The notes: generated from the sequence alone by a model not told the origin. DNA of 64,000 nucleotides from an uncultured delta proteobacterium (GCA_963828255.1 CAWHDZ010000038.1:37207-101206); one strand, 5' to 3'. Positions 22,813-33,482 are shown, counted from the first letter of the stretch. A program made the numbers and translations.

Positions 22813-23444
22813 GTGGCCTCCCGCCCCCAGATGACACTCGCCGTGAAGCGGCTCATCCGGGACATGGTGGCGCGCCTGCCCGAGCTCGCCCACGTCAAGC
22901 CATCCCGGATCCTGGTGGTGGCCGGCGAGGCGCGCCGGGCCTCCCGTGCCACCATCCGGCCGGCCCATTTCCGGGAGACCCGCGCCCGCGGAGGCCGGGG
23001 CGGGCTGCGCAAGCCCCTCATCCGCATCGGCGGCCGGAAGATCCTCTACGTCATCACGCTGCGCCCCCTCTGGTTCCGGGCCTCCACGCCCGAGCAGCGG
23101 GTCGGCACGGTGCTGCACGAGCTCTGGCACGCCAGCGAGCGCTTCGACGGGACGCTCCACCGGGGACGGGTCCACGGCCGCCTCCCCCGCCCCCGCTTCG
23201 AGCGGCGCATCCGCGCGCTCCGCGACCGCTACCTCGCCGTGGCCGCGACGACGTCCTCGCGCCGTTCACCTACAGTGGAATCGCCCTGGCCCGCATGTGG
23301 CTGGAGCGCCCGGCCGGGTTCTACCGGGTGGGGGAGTACGGCGGCCGGCGGACCTACACCGAGAAGCAGCTCTTCCTGGGGCTCCTGCGCATGAAGACCC
23401 CCACCACGGGCCGGCCGCTTGCCCGCGGCCCCTCGCGGCGGTAG
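22813..23444 (+). CDS. putative HExxH metallopeptidase; frameshift near 23245
   Basis: TVLHELWH motif in one frame, continuing DDVLAPF...RMWLERP in the frame ending 23444. Confidence 0.6.
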
Positions 23445-23478
23445 AGGTCGGGGAGCACACCAGACGGAGGTCGTCCAC

Positions 23479-24504
23479 GTGAAGGTCGCCATCCTCACCG
23501 GGGGAGGAGATTGCCCTGGCCTCAACGCCGTCATCCGTGCCGTGGTCCGGCGCGGAGAGGAGCACGGGTTCGAGTTCACCGGCGTGCGCGACGGCTGGAA
23601 GGGGCTCCTCGAGGACGACCACTTCCGGATCACCCGCCAGAACACCTCCGGCATCCTGCAACTCGGGGGGACCATCCTCGGCACCTCCCGCACCAACCCC
23701 TTCAAGCGCCCCGACGGCCCGAAGGTCGTCATGGACACGCTGGCCCGCCACAACATCGGAGCGGTGGTGGCCATCGGCGGGGAGGACACCCTCGGCGTCG
23801 CCACCCGGTTCCACGAGATGGGGATGAACGTGGTGGGGGTGCCGAAGACCATCGACAACGACCTCTCCGGGACCGACTACACCTTCGGCTTCGACACCGC
23901 GGTCACCATCGCCACCGAGGCCATCGACCGGCTCCACTCCACCGCCGAGGCCCACAGCCGCGTCATCGTCTGCGAGGTGATGGGGCGCCACGCCGGGCAC
24001 ATCGCGCTCCACTCCGGGATCGCGGGCGGCGCCGACGTGATCCTCGTCCCCGAGCGCCCCATCGACCTCACCGACGTGGTCCGCCACATCCGCGGACGGC
24101 ACAAGCGGGGTCGCCGCTTCTCCATCGTGGTGGTGGCGGAGGGGGCCAAGATGATGCGCAGCAAGGAGGCCACCGTCTCCGACGTGCTCGACGAGTTCGG
24201 CCACGTGCGGCTGGGCGGCATCGGGGCCTACCTGGCCAAGGAGATCGAGCGGGAGACCGGCTTCGAGGCCCGGGTCACCGTCCTCGGCCACATCCAGCGG
24301 GGCGGAACGCCCACCGCCCGGGACCGGGTGCTCGCCACCCGCTACGGGGTCTTCGCCTGCGACCTGGTGAAGGAGGGCCGCTTCGGCCAGATGGCCGCCC
24401 TCCGCGGCGACGCGATCGTCGCCGTCCCGCTCCTCGAGGCCACCAAGGCGCTGCACCTCATCGACCCCGCCCTCTTCGAGATCGCCGAGGTCTTCTTCGG
24501 CTGA
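23479..24504 (+). CDS. pfkA: 6-phosphofructokinase, group III
   Basis: LTGGGDCPGLN, GGTILGTSR, GGEDT, PKTIDND, EVMGR, LGHIQRGG. Confidence 0.92.
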   Translation: MKVAILTGGGDCPGLNAVIRAVVRRGEEHGFEFTGVRDGWKGLLEDDHFRITRQNTSGILQLGGTILGTSRTNPFKRPDGPKVVMDTLARHNIGAVVAIGGEDTLGVATRFHEMGMNVVGVPKTIDNDLSGTDYTFGFDTAVTIATEAIDRLHSTAEAHSRVIVCEVMGRHAGHIALHSGIAGGADVILVPERPIDLTDVVRHIRGRHKRGRRFSIVVVAEGAKMMRSKEATVSDVLDEFGHVRLGGIGAYLAKEIERETGFEARVTVLGHIQRGGTPTARDRVLATRYGVFACDLVKEGRFGQMAALRGDAIVAVPLLEATKALHLIDPALFEIAEVFFG

Positions 24505-25450
24505 TGGACCGGCCCAGGGTGATCCTGCACCACGTGCTCCTCCACGCGAGCGTCTCCGGGCGTCTCGACCGCGCCGTCGCCGACGCCGCCGAGGTGGGGC
24601 GTGCCGCGGTCAAGCGGGCCTTCCTCCAGGGGCGGGTGCGGATCGACGGCAGGCGCGCCCGGGCCAGCGACCCGGCCATCCCGGGCAGGTCGTGCTCATG
24701 GAGCTCGAGCCGCCGGCCGGGGCCCCCGTCCCGGACTCCGGCGATCCACTCCGCGTGCTGGCGGGCTCGGTGCTCTGGCTCGTCGCCGACAAGCCCGCCG
24801 GGATGCCCACCCACCCGCTCCGCGCCGACGAGCGGGGGACGCTGGCCAACGCCGTCGCCGCCGAGTACCCCGAGTGCGCGGATGCCTCGATCGACCCGCG
24901 GGAGGGGGGCGCCGTCCACCGGCTCGACGCGGACACCAGCGGCTGCGTCATCTTCGCCCGGGGCCGCGAGGTCTGGGAGATGCTGCGGGCCCAGTTCGCC
25001 GCGCGCACGGTGGAGAAGGTCTACCTGGCGCTGGTGGCCGGAAAGGTCTCCTCGGGGGGTGTCTGCTCGGTGCCGCTCGCCCAGCGCGCCGGCCGGTCGG
25101 TGCCGGTGCCGGCGGAGAGGGGGGAGGGCAGGGCTCCGTCCCGCGCCGGGAGGCCGCGCCCCGGGGAGACGCGCTGGGTGGTCGCGCGCGCCTTCCCGCG
25201 CCACACGCTGCTCGAGGTGAGGATCCCCACCGGCGTCATGCACCAGATCCGGGCCCACATGGCCTACCTGGGACATCCGGTGGCGGGGGACCTCGACTAC
25301 GGCGGGACGGCCGCTGCGCTGCCCGGGCTCGACCGCCACTTCCTCCACGCCTGGAAGGTCGAGTTCCTGCGTCCGGAGGGAGGGCGCGTCGAGGTGCAGA
25401 GCCCCTTGCCGCGCGAACTGGCGGAGACGCTCGAACGGCTGGGGCGGTAG
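24504..25450 (+). CDS. RluA-family pseudouridine synthase with S4-like N-terminus; frameshift near 24685
   Basis: RLD..V S4 region from ATG 24504, then KPAG, HRLD.DTSG, TG..HQIRAH, GD..YG in the frame ending 25450. Confidence 0.85.
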
Positions 25451-25452
25451 CG

Positions 25453-25932
25453 CTACTGCGGGGCCGCGGGCGGGGCGTCGCCGGCCGGGGCGCCCTCGAT
25501 GGCCTCCACCAGCATGGGCGGATCGGTCATCATGCCGATGGTGTTCACTCCGGCCTTGTGGGCCTCGTCGAGGACCGTCACGGCGAACTCGTAGCGTGTG
25601 CCGTCCTGGGCGTTGAAGAAGAGCACCTTGGAGAGGTGCCCCTCGTAGACCGGCTTCAGCTTCGCCATGGCGTCAGGGACCGTCATCTCCGTCTTGTTGA
25701 GGAGCACCCGGCCGTTCTTCAGTGCGGTGAGGACGATCTGGTCGGGCGGGACGGAGTCGGGTGGGACGACCTGGGTGTTGGGCGGCTCGAACTCCGGCAC
25801 GCGCATGTACATCTGCTTCTCGGCCAGCGGGGTGAGCACCATGAAGATGATGAGCATCACCAGCACCACGTCGATGAGCGGCGTGACGTTGATGTCGGTC
25901 ATCGGCGACTTGGTGCCGAGCGACATCGACAT
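25453..25932 (-). CDS. exbD: ExbD/TolR family protein
   Basis: INVTPLIDVVLVMLIIFMV. Confidence 0.9.
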   Translation of the reverse strand: MSMSLGTKSPMTDINVTPLIDVVLVMLIIFMVLTPLAEKQMYMRVPEFEPPNTQVVPPDSVPPDQIVLTALKNGRVLLNKTEMTVPDAMAKLKPVYEGHLSKVLFFNAQDGTRYEFAVTVLDEAHKAGVNTIGMMTDPPMLVEAIEGAPAGDAPPAAPQ

Positions 25933-25934
25933 GG

Positions 25935-26369
25935 CTACTTCCCCCCCTTCACGTCGGAGGCGTCCTTGAGCTGGGTGGCCGCCAGCGACACGCCCATGAC
26001 CCGGGTCTTCGTCACCTCGAGGATGGCCTCGCGGATCACCTTGTAGTCGGCGTCGCGGTCGCCCTTGAACATGATGGGCGCGCCCGGAAACTTCTGCATG
26101 GCCTGCTCGAGGGCCGTGGCGAGGTCGTCCTTCTTGACCTCCTCCTTCTCGATGTAGGTCTTCCCGTCACGCGTCACCGACAGGATGATGGGGTCGCCGC
26201 CGCTCTTCAGCTCGCTCACCAGCTTGGCGTCGGGCAGGGTCACCGCCTTGCCGCGCTGGAGCAGGGGCGTGATCACCATGAAGATGATGAGGAGCACCAG
26301 CACCACGTCGACGAGCGGCGTGACGTTGATGTCGCTCTTGACGCCCTTGCTGCCGATGTCCATCGACAT
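25935..26369 (-). CDS. exbD: ExbD/TolR family protein
   Basis: MSMDIG...INVTPLVDVVLVLLIIFMV; KGD..ADY. Confidence 0.9.
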   Translation of the reverse strand: MSMDIGSKGVKSDINVTPLVDVVLVLLIIFMVITPLLQRGKAVTLPDAKLVSELKSGGDPIILSVTRDGKTYIEKEEVKKDDLATALEQAMQKFPGAPIMFKGDRDADYKVIREAILEVTKTRVMGVSLAATQLKDASDVKGGK

Positions 26370-26401
26370 GACGCGGGTCCTCGAGGCCAGGCCGGACCGG
26401 C

Positions 26402-27157
26402 CTAGCGCCCTTCCTTGATGAAGAAGTCCACGAGCTCGGTGGTGGAGTCGTTGATGTCGACCTGGATCTCCTCGACCCGGTTCGTGAAGTAGTTGAAGAA
26501 CATCACGGCGGGGATGGCGACGAGCAGGCCGAAGGCGGTGGTCACGAGGGCCTCGGCGATGCCGGCCGAGACCGAGCCCAGGCCGCCCGAGCCGGTGGCG
26601 GCCATGGCCTGGAAGGCGGTGATGATGCCGGCCACGGTGCCGAGCAGGCCGACGAAGGGGGATGTGGAGCCGATGGTGGCGAGCGAGCCCAGCCCCCGGC
26701 GCATGTCGGTGACGGTGCGCATCGTGCTGCGGTCGATGGCGCGGTTCACCGCGGCGACGATGTCGAACTCGCCGATCTCGTGCTTTCCGCCGTGCACGGC
26801 GTGGGACTCGAGGCCGTGGCGGTACTCCTCGAGGGCCAGGCCGAGGACCTTGGGAAGGTAGCCCTTCTCGTATTCCTTGGTGTGCGCCAGCTCGACCGCC
26901 TCCTTGAACTTGTGGGCGGGGAGCAGCGTGGCGAGCTCGGCGGCGTACTTGCGCGAGGCGGCGCCGGAGCGCGAGTAGGTGAGGATGCGCTCCACCGCGA
27001 CCGCGAGCGACCACACGCTCATGACGGCCAGCACGATCGCGATGAACTTCGCGAACGGGCCCATGCTCCGCCACATGTTCAGGAGGTCGAAGGACATCAC
27101 GGGCTCGGCGGCGGCGAGCACCATCTGGTTGACGACGTCGATCACGGGAAGGGACAT
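26402..27157 (-). CDS. exbB: MotA/TolQ/ExbB proton channel
   Basis: LATIGSTSPFVGLLGTV, GIAEALVTTAFGL.VAIPA. Confidence 0.92.
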   Translation of the reverse strand: MSLPVIDVVNQMVLAAAEPVMSFDLLNMWRSMGPFAKFIAIVLAVMSVWSLAVAVERILTYSRSGAASRKYAAELATLLPAHKFKEAVELAHTKEYEKGYLPKVLGLALEEYRHGLESHAVHGGKHEIGEFDIVAAVNRAIDRSTMRTVTDMRRGLGSLATIGSTSPFVGLLGTVAGIITAFQAMAATGSGGLGSVSAGIAEALVTTAFGLLVAIPAVMFFNYFTNRVEEIQVDINDSTTELVDFFIKEGR

Positions 27158-27196
27158 CTGGCTGTTCTCCTCGGGTGTGGCGGAAGCGGTGGCGCC

Positions 27197-27925
27197 CTAC
27201 TGCAGGCGGACCGGCAGGATGACGTAGATCGGGGTGGGACGGCCCTGCGCGTCGGCGCCCGGGATCCATGTGCAGTTCGAGAGGGCGTTGCGGATGGCGT
27301 CGGAGATGCGCTGGTCGGGGACCTGGCCCATCACCGAGAATGCGCCCACCGCGCCGTTGGGGTAGACGGCGAACTTCACCGTGACCGAGGTCACGAAGCC
27401 GGAGAGCGCCGACGGGATGCGGAAGTTCTCCCGGAAGCAGTCCTTCTCGGCCATCCTGGGGGCCTTGAAGCCGGCGCCCATGTACTGGGGCGCATCCTCG
27501 TAGGCGCCGCCCTTCGAGACCTGGCCGCCGACCACGCCACCGACCACGCCGCCCTCGACCCCCTCGCCCTCGTCGCCGTAGTCCTCCTCCGGCTCGTTCG
27601 GATCGGGAGGCTTGATCTCGTCCTCCACGTTCTTGGGCTGGATCATCGCCATGGGCTCCGCCTTGGTGACGGTGACCTTGGGCTTGTCGCTGGGGGGCCT
27701 CTTGCGGGCCGGAGGGGGCGGCGGAGGAGGCGGAGGCTTGGGCGCGGCGGCGCGGACGAACTTCACGTCGACGACCGGCTCCGACTTGACCGCCGCCCGG
27801 ATCCGCTCGCCCGCCACGATCAGGAAGGCGACGAACAGAACCTGGGCCACGGTGGAACCGGCCAGGAACGCGCTGCGTCGGGCGACGCGCTTGCCGCCCT
27901 CTGTCTTTGTGACTTCGTCGAACAC
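27197..27925 (-). CDS. tonB: energy transducer TonB
   Basis: N-terminal TM, poly-Pro, GVEGGVVGGVVGG, TonB C-terminal domain; upstream of exbB. Confidence 0.8.
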   Translation of the reverse strand: MFDEVTKTEGGKRVARRSAFLAGSTVAQVLFVAFLIVAGERIRAAVKSEPVVDVKFVRAAAPKPPPPPPPPPARKRPPSDKPKVTVTKAEPMAMIQPKNVEDEIKPPDPNEPEEDYGDEGEGVEGGVVGGVVGGQVSKGGAYEDAPQYMGAGFKAPRMAEKDCFRENFRIPSALSGFVTSVTVKFAVYPNGAVGAFSVMGQVPDQRISDAIRNALSNCTWIPGADAQGRPTPIYVILPVRLQ

Positions 27926-28115
27926 GCCAGGGCCTCTTTTGACGTGAGAATCAGCCCGGAAAGGGAAGGGGAAGACCGGCGGCTTTTAGCGGCCATCGGA
28001 ACTCTTGTCAACCGTTACCGGGAACGTCGCTCGATGGACCCCCTGCGGACGGAGCGGGGAGGGATCATCCCACGCCCGGATCGAAAGGCAAGTTCGGGGA
28101 ACGTTTGGTATCTCG

Positions 28116-28144
28116 TTGACATTCCCCAACCCGGTGCGTAGAAA
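28116..28144 (+). promoter_or_regulatory. sigma70-like promoter upstream of TonB-dependent receptor
   Basis: TTGACA-17 bp-TAGAAA. Confidence 0.55.
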
Positions 28145-28267
28145 TCGCACACTTCGGCCATCCCGCAACAGCGTGTTGCGGGACAGTTTCAGGGCGGCCT
28201 CAAAAGAGTTTCAAGCTGGCTCCACCGTCTGGCTTCAGCTTCTCGCATCTCTCCTAGGGAGGAAGTC

Positions 28268-31200
28268 ATGAGGAAGAAGTTGCTTCGCCTCCTGTGGGTG
28301 GCACCCGTCGCGATGCTTCTCTTCGCCGACGCGGCCTCCGCACAGTCCAGCGGTACCATCGTGGGTGTCGTGAACGATGCCGCAACGGGCAAGCCCGTCG
28401 CCGGCGTGCTCGTCATCGCCACATCGAAGGCCCTCCAGGGCGAGCAGACCGCCGTCACGGACGCTCGCGGACAGTTCAACATCACCGCGCTTCCTCCTGG
28501 CGACTACAAGCTCTCGGCCCAGCTCCAGGGCTTCAAGCCCACCGAGCGCACCGACATTCGCCTCCGCGTGGACTTCACGCTGCGCGCCAACCTCGCCATC
28601 GTCCCCGAGTCGGTGCAGATGGAGGAGCAGGTGGTGCGGACCGGCGTCGCACCCGCCGTGAACATCGGTTCGGCCGAGGCCGGCACCATCGTGTCGAGGG
28701 ACTTCCTGGCCAGCGTTCCGCTGTCGAGCCGCTCGTTCGAGAACGCCGCCCTCGTTGCCCCCACCGCCACGCGCGACCCGCTCGGCATCAGCTTCGCCGG
28801 CGCCTCCTCCCCGGAGAACAACTACATCATCGACGGCCTGCGCGTGTCCGACCCCAGCTACGGCACCCTGGGCACGAACCTCCTCACCAACTTCGTCGAT
28901 CAGCTCGACATCAAGGTCGGCTCCTTCATGCCGGAGTACGGCTACTCGATGGCCGGCGTGGTGAACACCCTCACCAAGTCGGGCGGAAACGAGTTCCACG
29001 GCTCGATCTGGGGCAACCTCACCCCCGGCTTCTTCTCCCCCGCTACCCCGGCCACCGGGCCGAACGGATATGCCACCGCCTCCCAGCGCGCACCTTACAA
29101 GGGCGCGTACGACTCCGACTTCGGCGTCGAGCTCGGTGGTCCCATCGTGAAGGACAAGCTCTGGTTCTACGCCGGCTTCGCGCCGCAGATGAACTACATG
29201 ACCTACCAGGGGTTCTACCGGAGCCGCATCCCCTGCACGTACCCGGCCCCCAACTGCACCGGCACCGCAGCCAGCCCCAACGGCTGGGTTCGGGACCAGA
29301 CCGGCACGTACCAGATGAACCCGATCGCCGGCACGGCGCAGACCTTCGGAAACGGCTACACCCGGTACTTCGGCCTTGCCAAGCTCACCTGGCTCATCAA
29401 CGAGAACAACAACGTCTTCGTGTCGTTCAACACGCAGCCCACCCAGACCTTCGGGCGCACCTCCTTCAACGTGGACGCCTCCGTGGCGTCCCAGAACACG
29501 AACGTGAACACCACCAACGCCACCGTGAACTACACGGGCAAGTTCCTCGAGAAGCACCTGCTCCTCAACGTCTCCGGCGGCTGGTTCAATGGCAACGAGA
29601 CCCAGAATGCCCAGACGATCAATGGCGTGGTGGACACGAAGACGCCGACGGTCTCCTGGCGCACGATCCAGCCTATTTCGAACTTCGTCCCGGGCATCAC
29701 CTGTCCCACCGGCGGCCAGTGCGACGCCCAGAACTACGCGACGGGCGGCTGGGGCTTCGTCGAGAACCCGACCACCAACCGGTACGCCGGCACGGCCTCG
29801 CTCACCGCACTCTTCGACCTGCTCGGCCAGCACCAGCTGAAGGGCGGCGCGCAGATCGACTACTCGACCTACTCGAACAGCCGGTACTACTCCGGCGGCG
29901 GCATCTTCTATGGCTTCGGCCTCGCCAACTACACCGGCACCAGCACCTCGAGGTACTTCAACATCCAGCGGGGATACGGGGAGAAGTTCGGAGCCGTGAT
30001 CCCGAATTCCGGCGGCCGGACAGAGAGCTTCTGCGCCGACATCGATGCCAACGGAAACTGCATCAACGAGGGGTTGCAGGATCCCGCCAATCCCCGGACG
30101 CTCGTCACCGACACCGAAACCTGGTCGAACGGATTCTTCCTGCAGGACAGCTGGACCATCGCCAACGTCCTCACCCTGAACTTCGGCGTCCGGCTCGACA
30201 TGCAGACCATGAAGGCCAGCGGCGCCGGCGTGTCGGACGAGGCCCCGACGCTCGACCTGAAGGACCAGTGGGCGCCGCGCGTCCAGGCCATCTGGGACTT
30301 CACCGGCACCGGCCGCGGCAAGATCCAGGCGAACTGGGGCATGTACTACGAGGCCATCCCCCTCGACATGGGGCTGCGCGCCTTCTCCTCGGAGCCCTCC
30401 CTCGCCGGCCGCTTCCTGGCGGGCACCTGCCGGAACAAGATCGGCGCCGACGGACTGGTGGTCCCGGGCTTCAGCCCGTTCCGTGACTGCCCCGACTCCT
30501 TCGGCAACGCCATCGACAGCGGCCCCGGCCCGAACATCACCGATCTCACCGGAACCCCGGTGAAGGGCTTCAACGCAAGTTCCGGCGGTGGGTTCTCGCC
30601 GGTCGCTCCCGACCTCAAGGGCTCCTACACCCAGCAGTACGGCGGTGGAATCCAGTACGAGGTGCTCCAGGACCTCACCCTCGGCGTCGACTACATCGGC
30701 CGTGCCATTGGCACCGTCATCGAGGACATGTCGAACGACGACGGCAACAACTACACCATCGCCAACCCCACGGTCTCGAAGCCCTGGACCAGCTCGTCCG
30801 GCTCCATCATCAACCCGTCGTACGGCATCGGCACCGACTACAACACAGGCGCCGCATACTCCATCCCCGTCGCCAAGCCGACGCGCAACTACGACGCCGT
30901 CTCGGTCACCCTGAACAAGCTCTTCTCCAAGAAGTGGCAGGCGCTGGCCAGCTACACCTGGTCCTCGAGCCGCGGCAACTACCCCGGCCTGCTGCGCTGG
31001 GAGAACGTCCAGCTGGACCCGAACATCACCTCCGAGTACGACCTCATCGGGGTCCAGGGCAACAAGAGCGGCCCGCTCAACGGCAACCGCACGCACCAGA
31101 TCAAGGCCGCCGGCTCCTACGCCGCTAGCCTGTCGTCCGACGTGACCTTCGTCCCCAGCGCGAACATCCAGATCTTCTCGGGGACGCCGGTCAGCGCCAT

Positions 31201-31639
31201 CGCCGCCTGGCCGTTCTACGGCAACACCGAGGTCTTCGTCCTTCCGCGTGGCTCGGTGGGCAACCTCGACTGGCAGTGGCAGGTCGACCTGGGGGCGAAG
31301 CTGCTCTGGGCCATTTCCGGCCCGTACACCCTCCAGTTCAGCCTGGACATCTTCAACATCCTGAACATGACCACGGTCCAGTCGGTCGACCAGATCTACA
31401 CGTTCGACTTCACCACCCCGATGCAGGCGGCCCAGTGCGCCAATCGCACCTCCTACTCCTCGAGTGGAAACGTGCCGAAGACGCTTGCAGAGAACTGTCC
31501 CGACCTGCCGTACGCGCGTACGTTCCAGTACGGGCGCCGGGTGAGCCCCAACCCGAACTTCGGCCAGCCGCAGACCGTGGCGCTGTCGGCCTACCAGCTC
31601 CCGATCTCGGCCCGCTTCGGGGTCGCGCTCAGCTTCTAG
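28268..31639 (+). CDS. Oar-like TonB-dependent outer-membrane receptor
   Basis: Signal peptide, carboxypeptidase-regulatory-like domain, ENNYIIDG, PEYG..GVVN..TKSGGNEFHGS, LGGPIVKDKLWF, QDSW, APR, C-terminal F. Confidence 0.92.
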   Translation: MRKKLLRLLWVAPVAMLLFADAASAQSSGTIVGVVNDAATGKPVAGVLVIATSKALQGEQTAVTDARGQFNITALPPGDYKLSAQLQGFKPTERTDIRLRVDFTLRANLAIVPESVQMEEQVVRTGVAPAVNIGSAEAGTIVSRDFLASVPLSSRSFENAALVAPTATRDPLGISFAGASSPENNYIIDGLRVSDPSYGTLGTNLLTNFVDQLDIKVGSFMPEYGYSMAGVVNTLTKSGGNEFHGSIWGNLTPGFFSPATPATGPNGYATASQRAPYKGAYDSDFGVELGGPIVKDKLWFYAGFAPQMNYMTYQGFYRSRIPCTYPAPNCTGTAASPNGWVRDQTGTYQMNPIAGTAQTFGNGYTRYFGLAKLTWLINENNNVFVSFNTQPTQTFGRTSFNVDASVASQNTNVNTTNATVNYTGKFLEKHLLLNVSGGWFNGNETQNAQTINGVVDTKTPTVSWRTIQPISNFVPGITCPTGGQCDAQNYATGGWGFVENPTTNRYAGTASLTALFDLLGQHQLKGGAQIDYSTYSNSRYYSGGGIFYGFGLANYTGTSTSRYFNIQRGYGEKFGAVIPNSGGRTESFCADIDANGNCINEGLQDPANPRTLVTDTETWSNGFFLQDSWTIANVLTLNFGVRLDMQTMKASGAGVSDEAPTLDLKDQWAPRVQAIWDFTGTGRGKIQANWGMYYEAIPLDMGLRAFSSEPSLAGRFLAGTCRNKIGADGLVVPGFSPFRDCPDSFGNAIDSGPGPNITDLTGTPVKGFNASSGGGFSPVAPDLKGSYTQQYGGGIQYEVLQDLTLGVDYIGRAIGTVIEDMSNDDGNNYTIANPTVSKPWTSSSGSIINPSYGIGTDYNTGAAYSIPVAKPTRNYDAVSVTLNKLFSKKWQALASYTWSSSRGNYPGLLRWENVQLDPNITSEYDLIGVQGNKSGPLNGNRTHQIKAAGSYAASLSSDVTFVPSANIQIFSGTPVSAIAAWPFYGNTEVFVLPRGSVGNLDWQWQVDLGAKLLWAISGPYTLQFSLDIFNILNMTTVQSVDQIYTFDFTTPMQAAQCANRTSYSSSGNVPKTLAENCPDLPYARTFQYGRRVSPNPNFGQPQTVALSAYQLPISARFGVALSF

Positions 31640-31678
31640 ACAGGGACCGAACCCATGACACACCTTCGAGGAGAAACA

Positions 31679-32581
31679 ATGAGCAAGCGCAACACGACCC
31701 TGGGACGCATCGGAGCCGCGGTGGCAGCCGCGGGCCTCCTTTCCGTGACCGGGTGCGACCCCTTCATCGGCGCCAACAACGCCGCCCCGGTGGTGCTCGG
31801 TGCGGCGGTGGTCGACGTCACCGGAGCGACGTCGTTCGGCTGGACCGTGCCTCCCTTCGGCTACAACTTCCCGGACATTCCGGATCTCGACAACGGGTGC
31901 TTCACGCCCTACCCCGAGCCGGACCTGGAGTGGGCGACCGCGGCGTTCCCGGGCCTGTGCGTGCCGGAGAACGCCGTGAACTTCCTCCCCACCATCTGCC
32001 CGGTGAGCTGCTTCCCGCCCCGCACCGGTCCGGCCTACGCCCCGCTGTTCTCGGGCAACCTCGGTGGCAGCTACTTCACCCGGGTTCTCGGAGCACAGGT
32101 GGTCGTCCCGTACGCCCTGCCCGCCGACGGCAAGTACACGGTGCGCCGCGTTCCGACCGACTACGAGCCCTTGAACGGCCAGCTCTTCTCGCAGATCTAC
32201 ATCCAGTTCAACAAGCTGCTGGACCCGAAGAGCGTCGAGCCCGGCCCGCTGGGTGATTGCGTTCCGCCGCCATTCGTCCCGGGAAGCACGCTGCCCCGGG
32301 TGGAGGCGATCTCGCCGGCGAGCTCGACCGGAACCCCGGTCGACGTGACCGACCAGTTCACCATCTGCTACAACCCCAGCTCCTCCGCCGAGTTCTGGGG
32401 CGCCAGCATCATCGTGACGCCGCTCCAGACCAACGCCGACGACTTCCCGGTCCTCAATCCGGACACCCGCTACAGGGTCTTCGGCAGGGTCTCCGATCAG
32501 GGCGGCAAAGCGGTGGACGTGGACGTGACGGTCATCACCGACCCGGCCCCGGTCGTCACCCCCGCCCTCCGCCGTCGCTAG
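31679..32581 (+). CDS. Cys-rich lipoprotein co-transcribed with the receptor
   Basis: GAGGAG RBS; lipobox-like LLSVTG-C; several further Cys. Confidence 0.7.
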   Translation: MSKRNTTLGRIGAAVAAAGLLSVTGCDPFIGANNAAPVVLGAAVVDVTGATSFGWTVPPFGYNFPDIPDLDNGCFTPYPEPDLEWATAAFPGLCVPENAVNFLPTICPVSCFPPRTGPAYAPLFSGNLGGSYFTRVLGAQVVVPYALPADGKYTVRRVPTDYEPLNGQLFSQIYIQFNKLLDPKSVEPGPLGDCVPPPFVPGSTLPRVEAISPASSTGTPVDVTDQFTICYNPSSSAEFWGASIIVTPLQTNADDFPVLNPDTRYRVFGRVSDQGGKAVDVDVTVITDPAPVVTPALRRR

Positions 32582-32615
32582 GAATCGTCGGGGCGAATCA
32601 GCCCCCGTGAAACAT

Positions 32616-32648
32616 GGGGAGCCGGCCTCCGGGTCGGCTCCCCTTTTT
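32616..32648 (+). terminator. intrinsic terminator
   Basis: GGGGAGCCGGCC-TCCG-GGTCGGCTCCCC followed by TTTTT. Confidence 0.85.
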
Positions 32649-32675
32649 CACGCGCGCCGCGCCGCCAGCCGGCAA

Positions 32676-32711
32676 GAGAAAGGCCCCGGGCCGCTCGCGC
32701 GGCCGGGGCCT
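32676..32711 (-). terminator. probable terminator of rpsB-tsf
   Basis: AGGCCCCGG...CCGGGGCCT hairpin followed by TTCTC on minus strand. Confidence 0.6.
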
Positions 32712-32738
32712 CGATGCAGCGGTCGGGATGGAGGGCGG

Positions 32739-33395
32739 CTACTTCAGCCCCGCCACCTTGGCGACCTCGGCGGCGTAGTCCTCGGTCTTCTTCTCGAGCC
32801 CCTCGCCGAGGACGAAGCGGGCGAAGCGGCGGATCTGGATGTTCTCCCCGATCTTGGCCACCTGGTCGTTGATCATCTCCTGCACCGACTTCTTGTCGTC
32901 CTTCACGAAGGGCTGCTCGAGAAGGCAGGTCTCCTTGTAGAACTTGTCCACCTTGCCGAGGGCGATCTTCTCGATCATGGCCTCCGGCTTCTTCTGCTCC
33001 CGCATCTGGGCCTTGGCGATCTCGAGCTCCTTCGCCACCACGTCGGCGGGAACCTCCTCGCGGCGGACCCACTGGGGAGCAGCGGCGGCGATGTGCATCG
33101 CCACGTCCTTCACCAGCGCCTGGAAGGCCTCGGTGCGGGCCACGAAGTCGGTCTCGCTGTTCACCTCGACGAGGACCCCGATCTTGCCGCCCATGTGGAC
33201 GTAGCTGCCCACTGCGCCCTCGGTGGCGGCCCGTCCGGCCCTCTTGGCGGCGGAGGCGAGCCCCTTCGTGCGGAGGTACTCCTCGGCCTTGCCGAAGTCG
33301 CCCCCCGACTCGCTGAGGGCCTTCTTGCAGTCCATCATCCCGGCCCCGGTCTTTTCCCGGAGCTCCTTCACGGCGCCTGCTGTGATCTCAGCCAC
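32739..33395 (-). CDS. tsf: elongation factor Ts (short form)
   Basis: [36 protein letters not shown]. Confidence 0.97.
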   Translation of the reverse strand: MAEITAGAVKELREKTGAGMMDCKKALSESGGDFGKAEEYLRTKGLASAAKRAGRAATEGAVGSYVHMGGKIGVLVEVNSETDFVARTEAFQALVKDVAMHIAAAAPQWVRREEVPADVVAKELEIAKAQMREQKKPEAMIEKIALGKVDKFYKETCLLEQPFVKDDKKSVQEMINDQVAKIGENIQIRRFARFVLGEGLEKKTEDYAAEVAKVAGLK

Positions 33396-33482
33396 TTTCG
33401 TTCCTCTCTTTCGGGTTCTGTGAAAACGAGAGGGCGGGCCCTGTGCGGACCCGCCCCCGGAGATTCGGTCGGCGGACGCCGC

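Noticed and set aside
28268..32581. Horizontally acquired island (looks lower in GC)
   Set aside because: Third positions remain strongly C/G; the shift reflects Asn/Thr/Tyr-rich protein composition.
32739..33395. Short EF-Ts as a truncation
   Set aside because: The ~200-220 aa form is a known natural type and both termini are intact.
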